Of a stretch of DNA of 64,000 bases, positions 24,801 through 36,057 are shown piece after piece; position 1 is the first letter of the stretch; every line of letters starts with the position of its first letter. Below the pieces are notes generated by a model, which did no database searches, was not told where the DNA came from, and saw only the letters and a list, made by a program, of their open reading frames with translations. This DNA is from Mayamaea pseudoterrestris (lineage: Eukaryota): assembly GCA_027923505.1 (NCBI GenBank), contig BROI01000006.1:372001-436000 (forward strand). The letters run 5' to 3'. Both the position numbers and the translations under genes were made by a program.

Positions 24801-25286
24801 GTCGTAGGGCAGAAAGAATCTCGTCGTGGTGCTCGTCTCACCCGTTTGCTCGTTGCGTATCGATAGCGTCTGCTGCATGAACGCTCCATCTTCTGCCAAC
24901 TGCCGTTGATCCAAGACAGTCGCCAAACCATTGAGCGTATCAAGGGAGGACTTGATGAGGAAATCTTTCAGACCATTGGATGTCGCAACTTGTTTCTTGA
25001 CGCGCTCACCTGGCTTCAACAGCTCCACCAGTTCTTCACCAAGTCGCAGCTGTACGCAGAGATTATTGTTGACGCGACTAAATTTGTGTAGCGTCAGCTG
25101 CTTGTCGTCCAGTTCGATGGTTTGAATGGTATCTTGCTCCTGCTCGCCCTTTTCGTGGGCAAGGATCGCTAGCTCATCCAAATGCATCACTGCGAGGTAG
25201 TCCTTCATCGAGTAGGGCTTGGTTTTGTCCAAGATCCAAGAGCCGTTCAGTGATTCACGAGTAGCCGTTGCTGTTGGGGCCGACAT
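24714..25286 (-). CDS. Calycin/FABP-like lipid-binding protein (putative)
   Basis: LNGSWILDK...SMKDYLAVMHL resembles FABP G-x-W...FDxYMKALG. LRLGEELVE...GERVKKQVAT resembles FKLGEEFDE...GRKVKSVVT. First ATG at 25286. Confidence 0.55.
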   Translation of the reverse strand: MSAPTATATRESLNGSWILDKTKPYSMKDYLAVMHLDELAILAHEKGEQEQDTIQTIELDDKQLTLHKFSRVNNNLCVQLRLGEELVELLKPGERVKKQVATSNGLKDFLIKSSLDTLNGLATVLDQRQLAEDGAFMQQTLSIRNEQTGETSTTTRFFLPYDGIPPHLIADKEMESTMDVTTDAADETDA

Positions 25287-25685
25287 GTTTGAAAAGTATG
25301 TTTGGTACACTAAAGTAGAGAAGGTTTGAAAGTTGAAAGGGTGTTGCATATGCACAGGATCCGTCTCAAAGCTGCAGCGACCTGCATCGTGGTACGACAA
25401 GAAAGCTGATCATATCGGTACTCCTTACCGCTCTTACTAAATTCGTCATGCCCACGCAAACGAGCACCGGCGACCTCATCGACTTCCTTTGCTCCAACTG
25501 AAGGTACGCTCCTGCTTGTCTCTTTTGGATTGAATATATCAATTGTTTTGTTATCGTTGAAATTTAATAAAGAGCCGTACGCAAGCTCGATAGATTATGT
25601 CCACCTTGCATGATTTCGACGACGCCAGGCAATTCTCTCATACAGCAACAACACCTTTCCTTTCACACTTGCAGAATACAGAATC

Positions 25686-25874
25686 ATGGCGGAATCACGC
25701 AAACCAAACAAGCTTTACGCGACGCACCCCAAGGGATACGGAAAGGGCTCTCGCCAATGCCGCGTCACCGGCCGCATGGGAGGTAACGGATTGGTCCGAA
25801 AGTGGGGAATCAACATGAAGCGTCAAACCTTTCGCGAACGAGCATTGGACATGGGCTTTGAAAAGTACAGCTAG
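25686..25874 (+). CDS. RPS29: 40S ribosomal protein S29 (uS14), with only one of four Zn-binding Cys. Probable 5'UTR intron 25504-25674
   Basis: HPKGYGKGSRQCRV, GLVRKWGINM.RQ.FRERA.DMGFEKY matches eukaryotic S29. Upstream AAG|GTACG...TTGCAG| intron. Confidence 0.92.
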   Translation: MAESRKPNKLYATHPKGYGKGSRQCRVTGRMGGNGLVRKWGINMKRQTFRERALDMGFEKYS

Positions 25875-26891
25875 ACGAGAAATATTGTATTAATCTAGAA
25901 CACAAAATTTACTGACTAAGACATTGAGCTTTCGATCGTTCGTCGCTACTACGTGCACATTGTGATCGTGACTTGTGACTGTTCCCAAGTACTCGCGCGC
26001 AACTTCGAAAGGGAAGACTTTGATGTGAGCGCAACCATCGTTCCATTACCCTCGGAATTGTTTATTATTCGTAGATACAGAGTTTGCCGAAACGAGATGG
26101 ATTGCGTATCGCGTTCAAGAACGACTCTTCCGGGATACGTATTATTGCAGACTCTGTATTTTCAGCATGCTCCGAGTAGCGGACACCGTGGTTTATGACT
26201 ATCATTATCCCATCTCAGACTTCACCCATGTTCGTCCTCGTGAAAACTTGATTGCAAAATGGAACCGCACCGCATACGACTACGTTAAATGCTAGCACTT
26301 CGAACGGAGGCTTACGCCTCGAAAGTGAACCAACACGACAATCTTTTGTCATTACCTCTGCATTCTTTAAAATGCCATACGAACGAACCAGCTCTTGCCG
26401 TTTGTCTCGTCTCGTTTATTCAGTGATTGGGTATGACCGCTAAGCCTTCGGGGTACAGGACCGCATTGAGAAGTTGGTACGCTTTGCTAAAGCTCACCCA
26501 TTCACAACGAAATTGCACTGCTTCATCATTTCAAAAGTCATTGGACAATGAGTGGTGCAACCTTGTAGCAATATACCGCACGGTAGCAATATGATAGCCA
26601 TCTCCCGCCGCCGTCATTGTGAGAAACGCAACCATGGTCAATCGCTAGTGTTGCATAGTTCGGTCATTTTTCGTTTTCTATTTAGACACGAAGCACGCCG
26701 GCAGGGCGTCAAAACGTCATGGTCATTCCGTCAATTTTTGAATGGCCGAAAGGCGCGGCGGCCGCTGCTGGCAGTTTCGAGCCTGCGACCACCCCTGCAA
26801 CAGCAAGCAACAACTCCAACAGCTCTTGTTCAAACAGCGACTTGACAGTGCTACACGCAGTATTTATATAAAGACCGTAAAGTAGTTAAAC

Positions 26892-28247
26892 ATGGGTTGC
26901 GGCGCGTCAGCAGAAGCCGCTCCTTACGAGGCACCGGCTTCACCCACAGCAGCAGCGCCTTTGAAAAAGGTTGAACCAAGCCCTCAGGAGCTAGCCAAAT
27001 CTACGGGTATTGATCGTGAACTCGATCGCGCACGTCAACAGGAAGAGTTAAAGGTCAAATTGCTGCTACTCGGTGCTGGGGAATCGGGTAAATCAACCAT
27101 TTTCAAGCAAATGCGCATCCTGCATGGGTCACCCCGCACGGACGACGATCAGAAAATGTACGGAGTCATTGTAAGATCCAACGTTATCACAGCCATGCGC
27201 AAAATTTGTGCTCATTTGCGGACGCTCGGTTTGGAGGAGCAATTGGCGAATGATCCGACTCCAAATGGCGCGGAAATGTCGCCCAAGGAGGCGTACGATC
27301 TCATCATGTCGCACATTTTGGAAAGCAATGGAGATACTGCAAGTTTACCAAAGCCGCCGGCGGGTGACTGGGTTGGAGAGAGTGCGCGGGCTGGATTGAG
27401 TGCAAATAATGATGCCAAATTATTTTTGGCACTCTGGAAGCCGATGAAAATATTGTGGGAGGTATGTGCAAGAGTTACAAGACTCACGACAGAGAATGTG
27501 ACGAGACTATGTCAAGCTAACTATTTTGCCTAACTTTCGAATACTTCGTGAATTCTGCAGTCCAAAACCATGAAGGAAGTTTGGTCGAAGCGATCAGCCG
27601 TCAATGTGATTGATGGCCACAAGGACTACTTGAATGATCTTACTCGCATCGCTAGCCCTCAGTACAAGCCTTCGACGCAGGACGTTTTACTTGCTCGCGT
27701 CAAGACAACTCAAGTTGTCATGGAGCGATACCGCATTGATGGAATTGAATTTGAAATGTATGATGTTGGTGGCCAGCGTTCCGAGAGACGAAAATGGATC
27801 GACTGCTTTGAAAATGTCGATGCCGTCATCTTTGTGGCAGCACTCTCCGAGTTTGACCAAACTCTCGCCGAGGCGAAGCGGACAAACCGCATGGTGGAAG
27901 CCTTGGACTTGTTTCGATCCGTTTGCAACAATCGAGCGTTTGCAAACACGTCCATTATGCTATTTTTGAACAAAAAGGATGTGTTTGCCGAAAAAATCAT
28001 GTACAGCGACATTGCGGCGCAAAAGGCATTCGCTGACTACGCTGGACCACCCAAAGACTTCAACGCCGGTGTTCTGTACTTCATACAAAAGTTTAAAGAC
28101 TGTCTGATCGACGACGACTTCAATGACTCGTTTATCCACGTGACATGTGCGACGGATACGAACAACATGGAGTTTGTCCTTGATTCAACGAGAACAATCA
28201 TCATGACTGACAATCTCCGACGATCTGGCTTTTTGGGGTCTGGATAG
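26892..28247 (+). CDS. Heterotrimeric G protein alpha subunit. Exons 26892-27461 and 27561-28247
   Basis: N-terminal MGC lipidation motif, KLLLLGAGESGKSTIFKQM, RVKTT, DVGGQRSERRKW, FLNKKD, TCATDT. Intron GTATGT...CTAAC...GCAG. Confidence 0.96.
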
Positions 28248-28498
28248 AATGGAAAGATGATGGAATAAGAGCTTTGCTTTACAGTGTCTGTCTTTTTTTT
28301 AAATGTAACAACCGTACTTAGCTTGACTGCGCGCATCGAAATGTGCTATTGCGTACGCGACCATTTTTTGTACTTTGCACCACACTTGATTTGTTTTCAA
28401 TCTCTGCTGTTGCGCTTACGTAGCTCATGCCATCGTCGCCCCGAGTCCAGGAGTTGCTGGATCTACACTACTTTGATTTCCACTCATTCGTTGGCGAG

Positions 28499-28581
28499 AC
28501 TACCAACCGACGCTCCGATATAACTAATACAAGCAGACGGAAAGACTAACTACCAACGCTCCGACACAATCAATACAAGCA
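28499..28581. repeat. Short diverged direct repeat (~35 bp x2) between the convergent G-alpha and sterol reductase 3' ends
   Basis: actaccaaccgacgctccgatataactaatacaagca versus actaccaacgctccgacacaatcaatacaagca. Confidence 0.75.
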
Positions 28582-28745
28582 TGTTATACAGGCACAAGCG
28601 ACGTACATATCCGTTGATTGAAAGACTGTAGCTTAAAAAATACTGATTATGTTAATGGCCTCCCATAATTGATGTCGAGTCTATCTGTCCCAGTCGTTCA
28701 TTCTGGCAAGCAAACGCACTATTTGTGCCTTCATCTTTTCTATTA

Positions 28746-30293
28746 TTACACAAGACCTGGAAGAATCTTGTAAGGCACATGCTCGCAATATTGATCCCAG
28801 TATTTTCCGTACTTGGTTCGGCATCTGTCATCGTCGCGCCATGCTCGATCTGTGAGCAAGATCGTCAAGTAAATGACGTAAAAGTAAGGCCCCAGCACGG
28901 CAGAAACGCCTTCCTTGGGCATTCCAGCCGACACACTCCAGAAGAACGAGGCCAGAATTTCTGGCACGTAATGGAAGTGACGAGAAATCATCCACCATCC
29001 ATCCAGCAGTAGGAGCGAATCCTTCATTTGCCCGTCAGCCGTCATGTACTTGGCGACAATCTTTCGCGGCTCGCGTCCCCAAATTAAACACTTTCCCTGA
29101 GTTTGTCGAAAGACATATCGCTGACGGTCCGAGTCGTAGTTAATGGCGACGCAGGCAAAGCCAGCGAGAAAGATGAGCGCTGCACCCAAAACCGACCATT
29201 CCGGTCCATTCGTCGTCAAGTAGAAGGCCTGGCTCGTATACACCGCTGGTACCCATACCAAGCAACCCCAGCATATGTAGTAGCTATACAAGAATCATAG
29301 GAGAGAGCAAGAGGCAACTCAGCAAGATGGTCTTGCACGCGGAGGCAATACTCATTCCTCATACGTACCCGGCCCGATCATGCTGAATATCCATGCTGCA
29401 CATGTATCCCATCTCCCAAAAGAAGAACTTGGCTATGTAAACCAATTGAATAGCTACAGAGGCGGCAAGTCCCGGACTTAATCGCCCATGCGGATCAAGC
29501 TCCATGTTTTTAAAACAAAACGAGCAAATGGCCACGGCCCAAAACATCATACCCATGCGGCAATTTGTGAACAACTTCACGTCCCAACCGAGTATGCGAG
29601 GATATAATTCCATGCCCTGTGATGGATACGAAGTAATTGCATTAGCTTTTGCTTTGTTACCTTACTTCGCATGAATTACGCACACAGACAAAATTCCATC
29701 TCATTTTACGACTTTTTCGATCTTAAACTTACCCAGTAAAAGTCCTGAATAAGACTTCCATTTGATCCAGAGTCTGGTCCACTTGGAGAAACATTTCCTT
29801 TTACATAGAGCATGGCGCAGAAGCAGAGTGCAAAGACATTCATGGTCGAGATGACATTTCCAAAGTAGTCATACAGCAACGCCGGCTGCAACACATCAAA
29901 GTAGGCACCGACCAGTAAAAGTAGCATGGTAATGATGAAACATGCCATCCCATTAGCCTTGTACACGGGCCTGACGCCATTCGGAGTGATTGTACCGACA
30001 AACTCGCGGCCTGGAACCATCTTCATTAACGCAAGCTGCAGCAAGGCAAATGCACCGACGGCCTTCCAAACTCCAGGCAGCCATGGACTCGGCCAGATGC
30101 TATAAAGTGTTTTCAAGAGTCCAGTGGAAAACAAGTCGCGGCCAAACGCAAGGAAATCTCCCTGTCGCTGTGAAACGACATGGTAAAACACAATGCTAAA
30201 CGGAGGCGTGACGAGCATGAGAAAGAGCGGACCGAGGACGTCACGCTGTGGGATCAAGCCCTTCCCGGATGACCAGGTTGATGCAGTCGACAT
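28746..30293 (-). CDS. DHCR7: Sterol delta-7 reductase (DHCR7/DWF5; ERG4/ERG24 family). Exons 30293-29733, 29616-29369, 29283-28746
   Basis: YKANG, DFYW|GMELYPRI, FTNCRMGMM, MDIQHDRAG|YYICWGCLVWVP, SRHFHYVPEILASFFW, DRAWRDDDRCRTKYGKYW..YC..VPYKILPG. Confidence 0.92.
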
Positions 30294-30602
30294 GTCAGCA
30301 GCTTTGTGATGTGTCAAGACAAGGTAATGCTACAGACTGATACTGTACAAGTAGGATCAATACGGTTGTGTGGAACCTTTGGCGGTGCGGCTGCTGATTC
30401 ACCGCACACGCCATGGTCGGCCCGGCGCGAAAGATGAGCCAACCAATGCAGTCTCGCTTCGGTTTTAAATGGTAACGGTGCGACAGGGATCTCGTGTCAA
30501 AGAACTTCGATGAGCCTCTCACATCTCACATCTCACGCTCGTCGGCAATCGGCCTCTCGTTTACTGTTAACATTCGCCTGCAAGAGAAGGACAGCTTGAA
30601 AC

Positions 30603-31616
30603 ATGTCAGCGACTACATCAGGTAGTTCCACCAACAATGCAACTTTGATTCCTGCAGTTCTCACAGCTGCACCGCCTCCGTGGCATTCAATTCTGATTTT
30701 ATGCAGCATGATAACCCTCTTTCTCTGGCGATTGCCATCAATTCAATCAATCGATCAAGACGCCACCATTGCAACTTTTACCAACATTATATTCCCTAGC
30801 TTTTTGTCGCTGAGGCAACTAGCTTACATTCGACTTGCGATTGCTGCAAGCATTTGGGCCTTGTCAATCCAAACGATTCTGGGACCGGGATGGGCGCAAG
30901 AGACAACCTATCGAGCAGGCAGTAAGCTTGTCAAGGCGCCCAACCAGTTGCGGGGAATCAAAACCATGTATCCATTCACTTCCGTCGCTTGGAACTTGCT
31001 TGGAGCTTCGTTTACGTTGTCTGGTTATATTGCGCTGCAGGCAGCCATTCAAATGGAATCCTCGTCCAACGAAATGAAGGATCTATCGGGCTTGTCTCTA
31101 TCTCCATGGCTCCTGCGAAGTGCACTTATTCTGTGGGAGATTGCAGCACCTTTTACCCTTTTGGTAGCCACGGTTATTCGATATGCTATATGGCCGGCGG
31201 TGCTAAAGGTCAAGGATAGCACGGCCAACCTCAAGACCTTTCGCAACATCATGATGCACAACCTCAACGTACTCTTTGCCATGCTGGAAATTGCGCTAAT
31301 GGGCGGCGTCCGTGTTCGTTTGGAGGACATTGCCTTTGCACCACTCGTTGGGTGCATGTATGTATTGTTCAGCTGGTTCATGGTCAACAAGTGGAACGAA
31401 TCCACCAAGGGGCCGCAGTATATATACTATTTCTTTGATACAACCTTGGGTAAGGCGGCAAGTATTGCTTTGGTAATGCTGCTGGTTGTCCTTATGGCTT
31501 TTTACGCCTTGTTTGTCTCGGTGGAATATATTATGCAATCTATGAATGGGAACGTTGTCGCTCATTTGGGTTTTGTCGTGGCTGTCTGCAGTTTGTCGAT
31601 GAGGTTTTACGACTAA
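30603..31616 (+). CDS. Multi-pass membrane protein, possibly FAR-17a/AIG1/rolling-stone-like
   Basis: About 8 hydrophobic segments with PFTS..W, MHNLN...E and YIYYFFD motifs reminiscent of that family. Family call is tentative. Confidence 0.55.
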   Translation: MSATTSGSSTNNATLIPAVLTAAPPPWHSILILCSMITLFLWRLPSIQSIDQDATIATFTNIIFPSFLSLRQLAYIRLAIAASIWALSIQTILGPGWAQETTYRAGSKLVKAPNQLRGIKTMYPFTSVAWNLLGASFTLSGYIALQAAIQMESSSNEMKDLSGLSLSPWLLRSALILWEIAAPFTLLVATVIRYAIWPAVLKVKDSTANLKTFRNIMMHNLNVLFAMLEIALMGGVRVRLEDIAFAPLVGCMYVLFSWFMVNKWNESTKGPQYIYYFFDTTLGKAASIALVMLLVVLMAFYALFVSVEYIMQSMNGNVVAHLGFVVAVCSLSMRFYD

Positions 31617-31790
31617 TAATACAGGGACAAACTTCGTTGAATATGTGATGAAGGCGGTTAAGCGACGCAAATGTAAATATAACTATCGAGCTATGATGTG
31701 TCTATAACTTTTCTAATCACGGCGTAGCTAATAACTAATAAAACTAATAAAACAAATTGAATTGCTTGCATCTGCACGACGTCCAATGCA

Positions 31791-33122
31791 CTACACCTTG
31801 CTACTTTTTCTTCCGAAAATCTTCGACTTCCGCCCGGCAGCAGCGTCTTCATTCGGAGTATCAACACCAGCATTACTTGTAGTCCCTTTGGTCCGATTTG
31901 ACTTGTCACTGGCGAACCATCCAAGTTTATCCTTGTTGTCCTTGTGCTTCCTCCGCCGAAGCATGAGTCGCTTTCTCATGGCCCGCAATCGCGAGAGCCG
32001 CGACCGCCTTAGGTAAATGAGTGTCGACAGAGCGACAAGTAATACACCAAGGACAATGAGGAGAATAGCAATTGCTCGAATCGTTCGGCTCTGTTTGGTG
32101 CTATACGTGCGAGCTACCGCTCGCTCTTCCGCGGCGGCATATTGCTTGAGCTTGGAAAAGGGATCGGGACATAGTCCAGGATACTCGCGGATGCTACAAG
32201 ACCGGCTATTGTAGAGTACGTTCAGCGGACTGTTATCCTTGTTTTGCTTGTAGCTGCTTGATGAGTATATTGGAACGCACTGTGCTTGATGCATTTCGGA
32301 GTTGAAGGTGCTTAAGCTATCACTGGTTTTTTGCGAAGCAGTATGGTCACAGTAAGATCCTTTGAATGTCTTGATAGCAAATTTCTTTCCATTGCAGGCA
32401 AGTCCATAGCTTGTTTGACCCGAGTTGTATTTAGTATTATGATTGACGCTTCCGTAATTGTCGCCGAGGTCACGATTGTTGCCACCGTTTTCGTAACACG
32501 TCGATGAGATACCGCCAGGCAAGTCTTCCTCCCCATCATCATCGTTCGTGTAACGACTATTGCTTGAAAAGCTTATTTTACCCGAATTAACAACACTTTG
32601 TGTAAACGCTTCGACACCTGACGTCGTAAAGAAAGAATTGACAAAGTTCTCCGGAGAACATCCAGTGTCTTTCTGTCCCTTAAGAACGCCGTATAAACTG
32701 TAAGCTGCATTTGCTCGAAAGCACTCGGTCGAGCCCATGTACCAGTATGCATCATCTGTCTCGACACCGCATGTATCTCCTTCTCCTTCATGATCATACG
32801 TGCTCCAGCTGGAAAAGATGGTGCGTTTGTGCGAGACGTGAAATCGTGAGGTGTGCGGACGCATATGACATGAGACACATCGTAGATCCGATATTCGCTA
32901 TCCGAACACTTACACGCAGTTATGATAGCTGACGTAGAGTTTGTCAAAATTTGCCAAAGACTGGAGAACGTTGGAACTCTCGGCGTAGTACTGTTTGTTT
33001 CGAACATTCGGATTGATGCGGTTGGCCGCGTAATAATTCGAGTCTCGATAAGCTTCATTCGAAGAAGCGCAAGCAAAATGCACGCATACTAGAAGCGTTA
33101 GTATCATGTACCACAAAATCAT
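31791..33122 (-). CDS. Secretory type I membrane protein of unknown function (Cys-rich lumenal domain, one C-terminal TM, basic tail). Exons 33122-32914 and 32808-31791
   Basis: Signal-like MILWYMILTLLVCVHFACA; HNCV|WS joined by a GTAAGT...CCAG intron; TM AIAILLIVLGVLLVALSTLIYL followed by an R/K-rich tail. An alternative ATG lies at 33158. Confidence 0.75.
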
Positions 33123-34075
33123 ATCGATAACGCGGGACCAGAGTGGATTATAGAACATGGTGCCCCGACGAGCCGATCCGTGGTAAATTTGAAAAAGTGA
33201 AACGGATGATGCAAGGCCGGCTTGTATCGGGATGGCACGCGCCATTGCTATTTAGACGAATTTATTCGCTAAACTGGATTGAACCGTTATGTGAGCCAGC
33301 CGACAATTCAACGGCAGCGGCGACAAACTTCGAAAAATAAATAATGACTGCCAACAAACGCCGATGTGATGCGTAAAGTGGCTAACAAACACTGGAGAAT
33401 AATAAGCGACGACGTTTGGCGCACAATCTGCTAAACTATATGTACCTGCATTCGAACAAGAACAAAGAAAATGAAACTTACTGGGCCAAAGCTCGTCAGC
33501 AGTTCAGAAAAAGCTCATTTGCCACCATGTATATCATGTCCAGTCCCATGTCGCGGATTGTGGAACGAAACGAAGATTGTTTCTTGAGATACCTTAAACG
33601 AAATAGCCTTTGCATTGAGTAATACCCCACGAATATGAACGAGTAGAGCACATTTAACTCCGTCGTCAGTGGCTATGTCGAGCTGGACACCATTTCAATG
33701 TCAAAGTCAAAGGTGCCGAGTGTACGGTAGAGTTGCCTTGCCGAGTTTGTCAGCTGCAAAGTCAGCAGAACCGATACCTGTTTCTCTTTGAGCGCCTCAT
33801 GTCTTTCAAGTTAATTCTGAAAGTGTCATCATAAACCTATACGCTAAACCGCTTCAAAGCTACAAAACGAACATCATCAAGGCCTAGCCCTTGCAGGAGA
33901 AATGCTAGCCTTTTGGAATCAAAGTGACTGTGAAATTGGTCAAGAAGTTAATGATTTTAACGGAATTCTTGAAATGCACTGTACAAGAATGGGATTGGTC
34001 AAGATACATTTCACGTGATTCTCGTACCCGGTTTAGTGTCAAGATGACGGACGAGGACGAAGGTGTCGTGTTTAA

Positions 34076-35707
34076 TTACCAAACTTCTTCCTCGATAAGC
34101 CGCAGGACTTCCATCGACTTATCATCGTTCGATCCAAATTTTCGAGCGAAAATGAGTCCTCTCGCTTTGGCGTCTTTTAAATATTCCATGGTTCCGTTCC
34201 CATGAAAGTGTAAGCTTCGACGATTGCCGTCGCTATCCTCCTTCAAGGTTTCATCCTCCATACGGTAACACACAGACTCCATGGTACTGAGAAAAGCGTT
34301 CCTCATTGTTCCTCGACAAATGTAGCTTTTTCCACCCCAGACTTGAAAGATGGCAGCCTGCTCCCTCGCCTCAGCCCCATGCCCAATCATATCGAGAGCA
34401 GTAATCCAATTGTGCTCCTCCGAGCAACAGAAGTTGGAATACTTATTCATGACGAAAAGCTGCTTCACTTCGACAGACTCCAGTAGTTTTTGTATGACAC
34501 TGTAATGGTAAATTGCTTGATTACCTGAATTCGACTTGTACTTCAAGCTGGCCCGAATGTTGGGAGGAATTTCTATATTTTCAAACGGCTGCGGGGGTAG
34601 CCGCACATGAAGCTTGGCGGGCGTGTATATAAGCCGCTTTTGCTTCAGTATAAAGTCCAGGCCCCATGTATCATGTTTCCCTTCCCGCAAGGCGGCGCCG
34701 AGCCACACGGTGCGATTCGTTCGCTGCTGCTCCTGATGCAAGGCTTGACCAACATCCCGCACCAGCGGATAAAAGGACTCACCCATTGTCACGTGGTAGT
34801 CATAGACAAGTCGCAAGTCTTGCACGAGCCAGCGCATGATTCGCAGATTTACCATACTCACCGTGTCTGTGGTATAGACAATGGAACCAAACTGCAGGAC
34901 GACAACGTTGGCGTAGCGATCGGCAATGTGTTTGGCTTGCTCCACCAACTCGTGGGATGCGCTTCGCTCCATGTGCAGCACGACATAGTGCCACGGCTTT
35001 ATCATTGCAGCCAACAATCGTTCCATATGTTTTAGGTCGTTGTGAATAATAACGCTAAAGGCAATTCTCACCGACCCAGACGGAACTAAAGCATTCACTC
35101 GCTGCAACTTGGTCGCCGCCGCCTCATGGTCAAGCAACGGAGCATACTGGTAGAGCTCGTAGTCGCAAAGGTTGTGAACCTGCGCGTACAGCTCCAGCAG
35201 CTCCAAATCAAACTCTTGTCGCAGCAATTCCGCGTCCACCTTGGGTTGCGTCATCAAGGCTGACATTGACGAGTTCAACAGCGGCTTGGCCCAGGAGCTA
35301 AAGTTTGCGTAGGCAGCCGACAGGGGATCTCTGTACTCTTCCACTCGACAATAATACAATTCAGCAATGTCGGAGATGCTCGTATTGTCATCCGGCGGCA
35401 GCGTCGGCATCAGTAGCGTCGGCGGCAAAGCATCGTTCAATGCAGGCAGCGGCAGGTCGGTGCGGGGCGAGTGCGTCAAACTGAAAAGGTTTCGCCAAGC
35501 GTCATTGTACAATAAACAACTGATGTTTCCTGCCGCCGTGCTACTGCTTTTGCTGCTCGCCCATGGCTCGTTCGTAATGCCAGACTGAAAAGCCTGCCGT
35601 TTCGAAAACGTAGCATTATTCCATAAAATGAAGAAAACCAACAAGAGACAAACAAGAAATCGAGCGTATCGATAAAGTAATCCCGCGGTAGCTTGTTGTT
35701 TCTTCAT
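34076..35707 (-). CDS. Glycosyltransferase family 14-like (Core-2/I-branching/xylosyltransferase) type II membrane protein
   Basis: N-terminal TM; RIAFSVIIH...ERLL...P.H..V.H; YDYHVTMGESFYPL; GNQ; SEEH; IFARKF. Confidence 0.75.
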   Translation of the reverse strand: MKKQQATAGLLYRYARFLVCLLLVFFILWNNATFSKRQAFQSGITNEPWASSKSSSTAAGNISCLLYNDAWRNLFSLTHSPRTDLPLPALNDALPPTLLMPTLPPDDNTSISDIAELYYCRVEEYRDPLSAAYANFSSWAKPLLNSSMSALMTQPKVDAELLRQEFDLELLELYAQVHNLCDYELYQYAPLLDHEAAATKLQRVNALVPSGSVRIAFSVIIHNDLKHMERLLAAMIKPWHYVVLHMERSASHELVEQAKHIADRYANVVVLQFGSIVYTTDTVSMVNLRIMRWLVQDLRLVYDYHVTMGESFYPLVRDVGQALHQEQQRTNRTVWLGAALREGKHDTWGLDFILKQKRLIYTPAKLHVRLPPQPFENIEIPPNIRASLKYKSNSGNQAIYHYSVIQKLLESVEVKQLFVMNKYSNFCCSEEHNWITALDMIGHGAEAREQAAIFQVWGGKSYICRGTMRNAFLSTMESVCYRMEDETLKEDSDGNRRSLHFHGNGTMEYLKDAKARGLIFARKFGSNDDKSMEVLRLIEEEVW

Positions 35708-36057
35708 TCGATCAAATATGATGTAAAATGATAACAGGCAGTTACTTGTTGGATGCAAACATCATCGCGCATTTTTGTTGATCGTAGAGGACGAGTGCGT
35801 CGGCGGTGAAAATGTTCAAGTTGAAAGTGAGTTTCGTTCGAAAAGGGCAATGTTGCAATCGTGTGATATATTTTTAGCTGTTTCAGCACGAGCCATTCAT
35901 GCTCAGCGATGGTGAAAAGCAACTTTTTTGGTTCATGTAAATCCAACCAAATATTCAAGTGCTGCAACGAAATCAATCTCTACAGCCAACTTGTGGGATC
36001 AAATTCTATAGCAAAGTTGCCAGCTGCCCTTCTGTGGGATAGTACAAACCTTGACTC

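Noticed and set aside
25900..26880. ~1-kb interval with short ORFs upstream of G-alpha
   Set aside because: No coding signature, repeat or RNA-gene pattern; treated as intergenic.
33416..34050. Short + strand ORF fragments that might be a decayed gene
   Set aside because: No recognisable motif or consistent frame; cannot be supported without a homology search.
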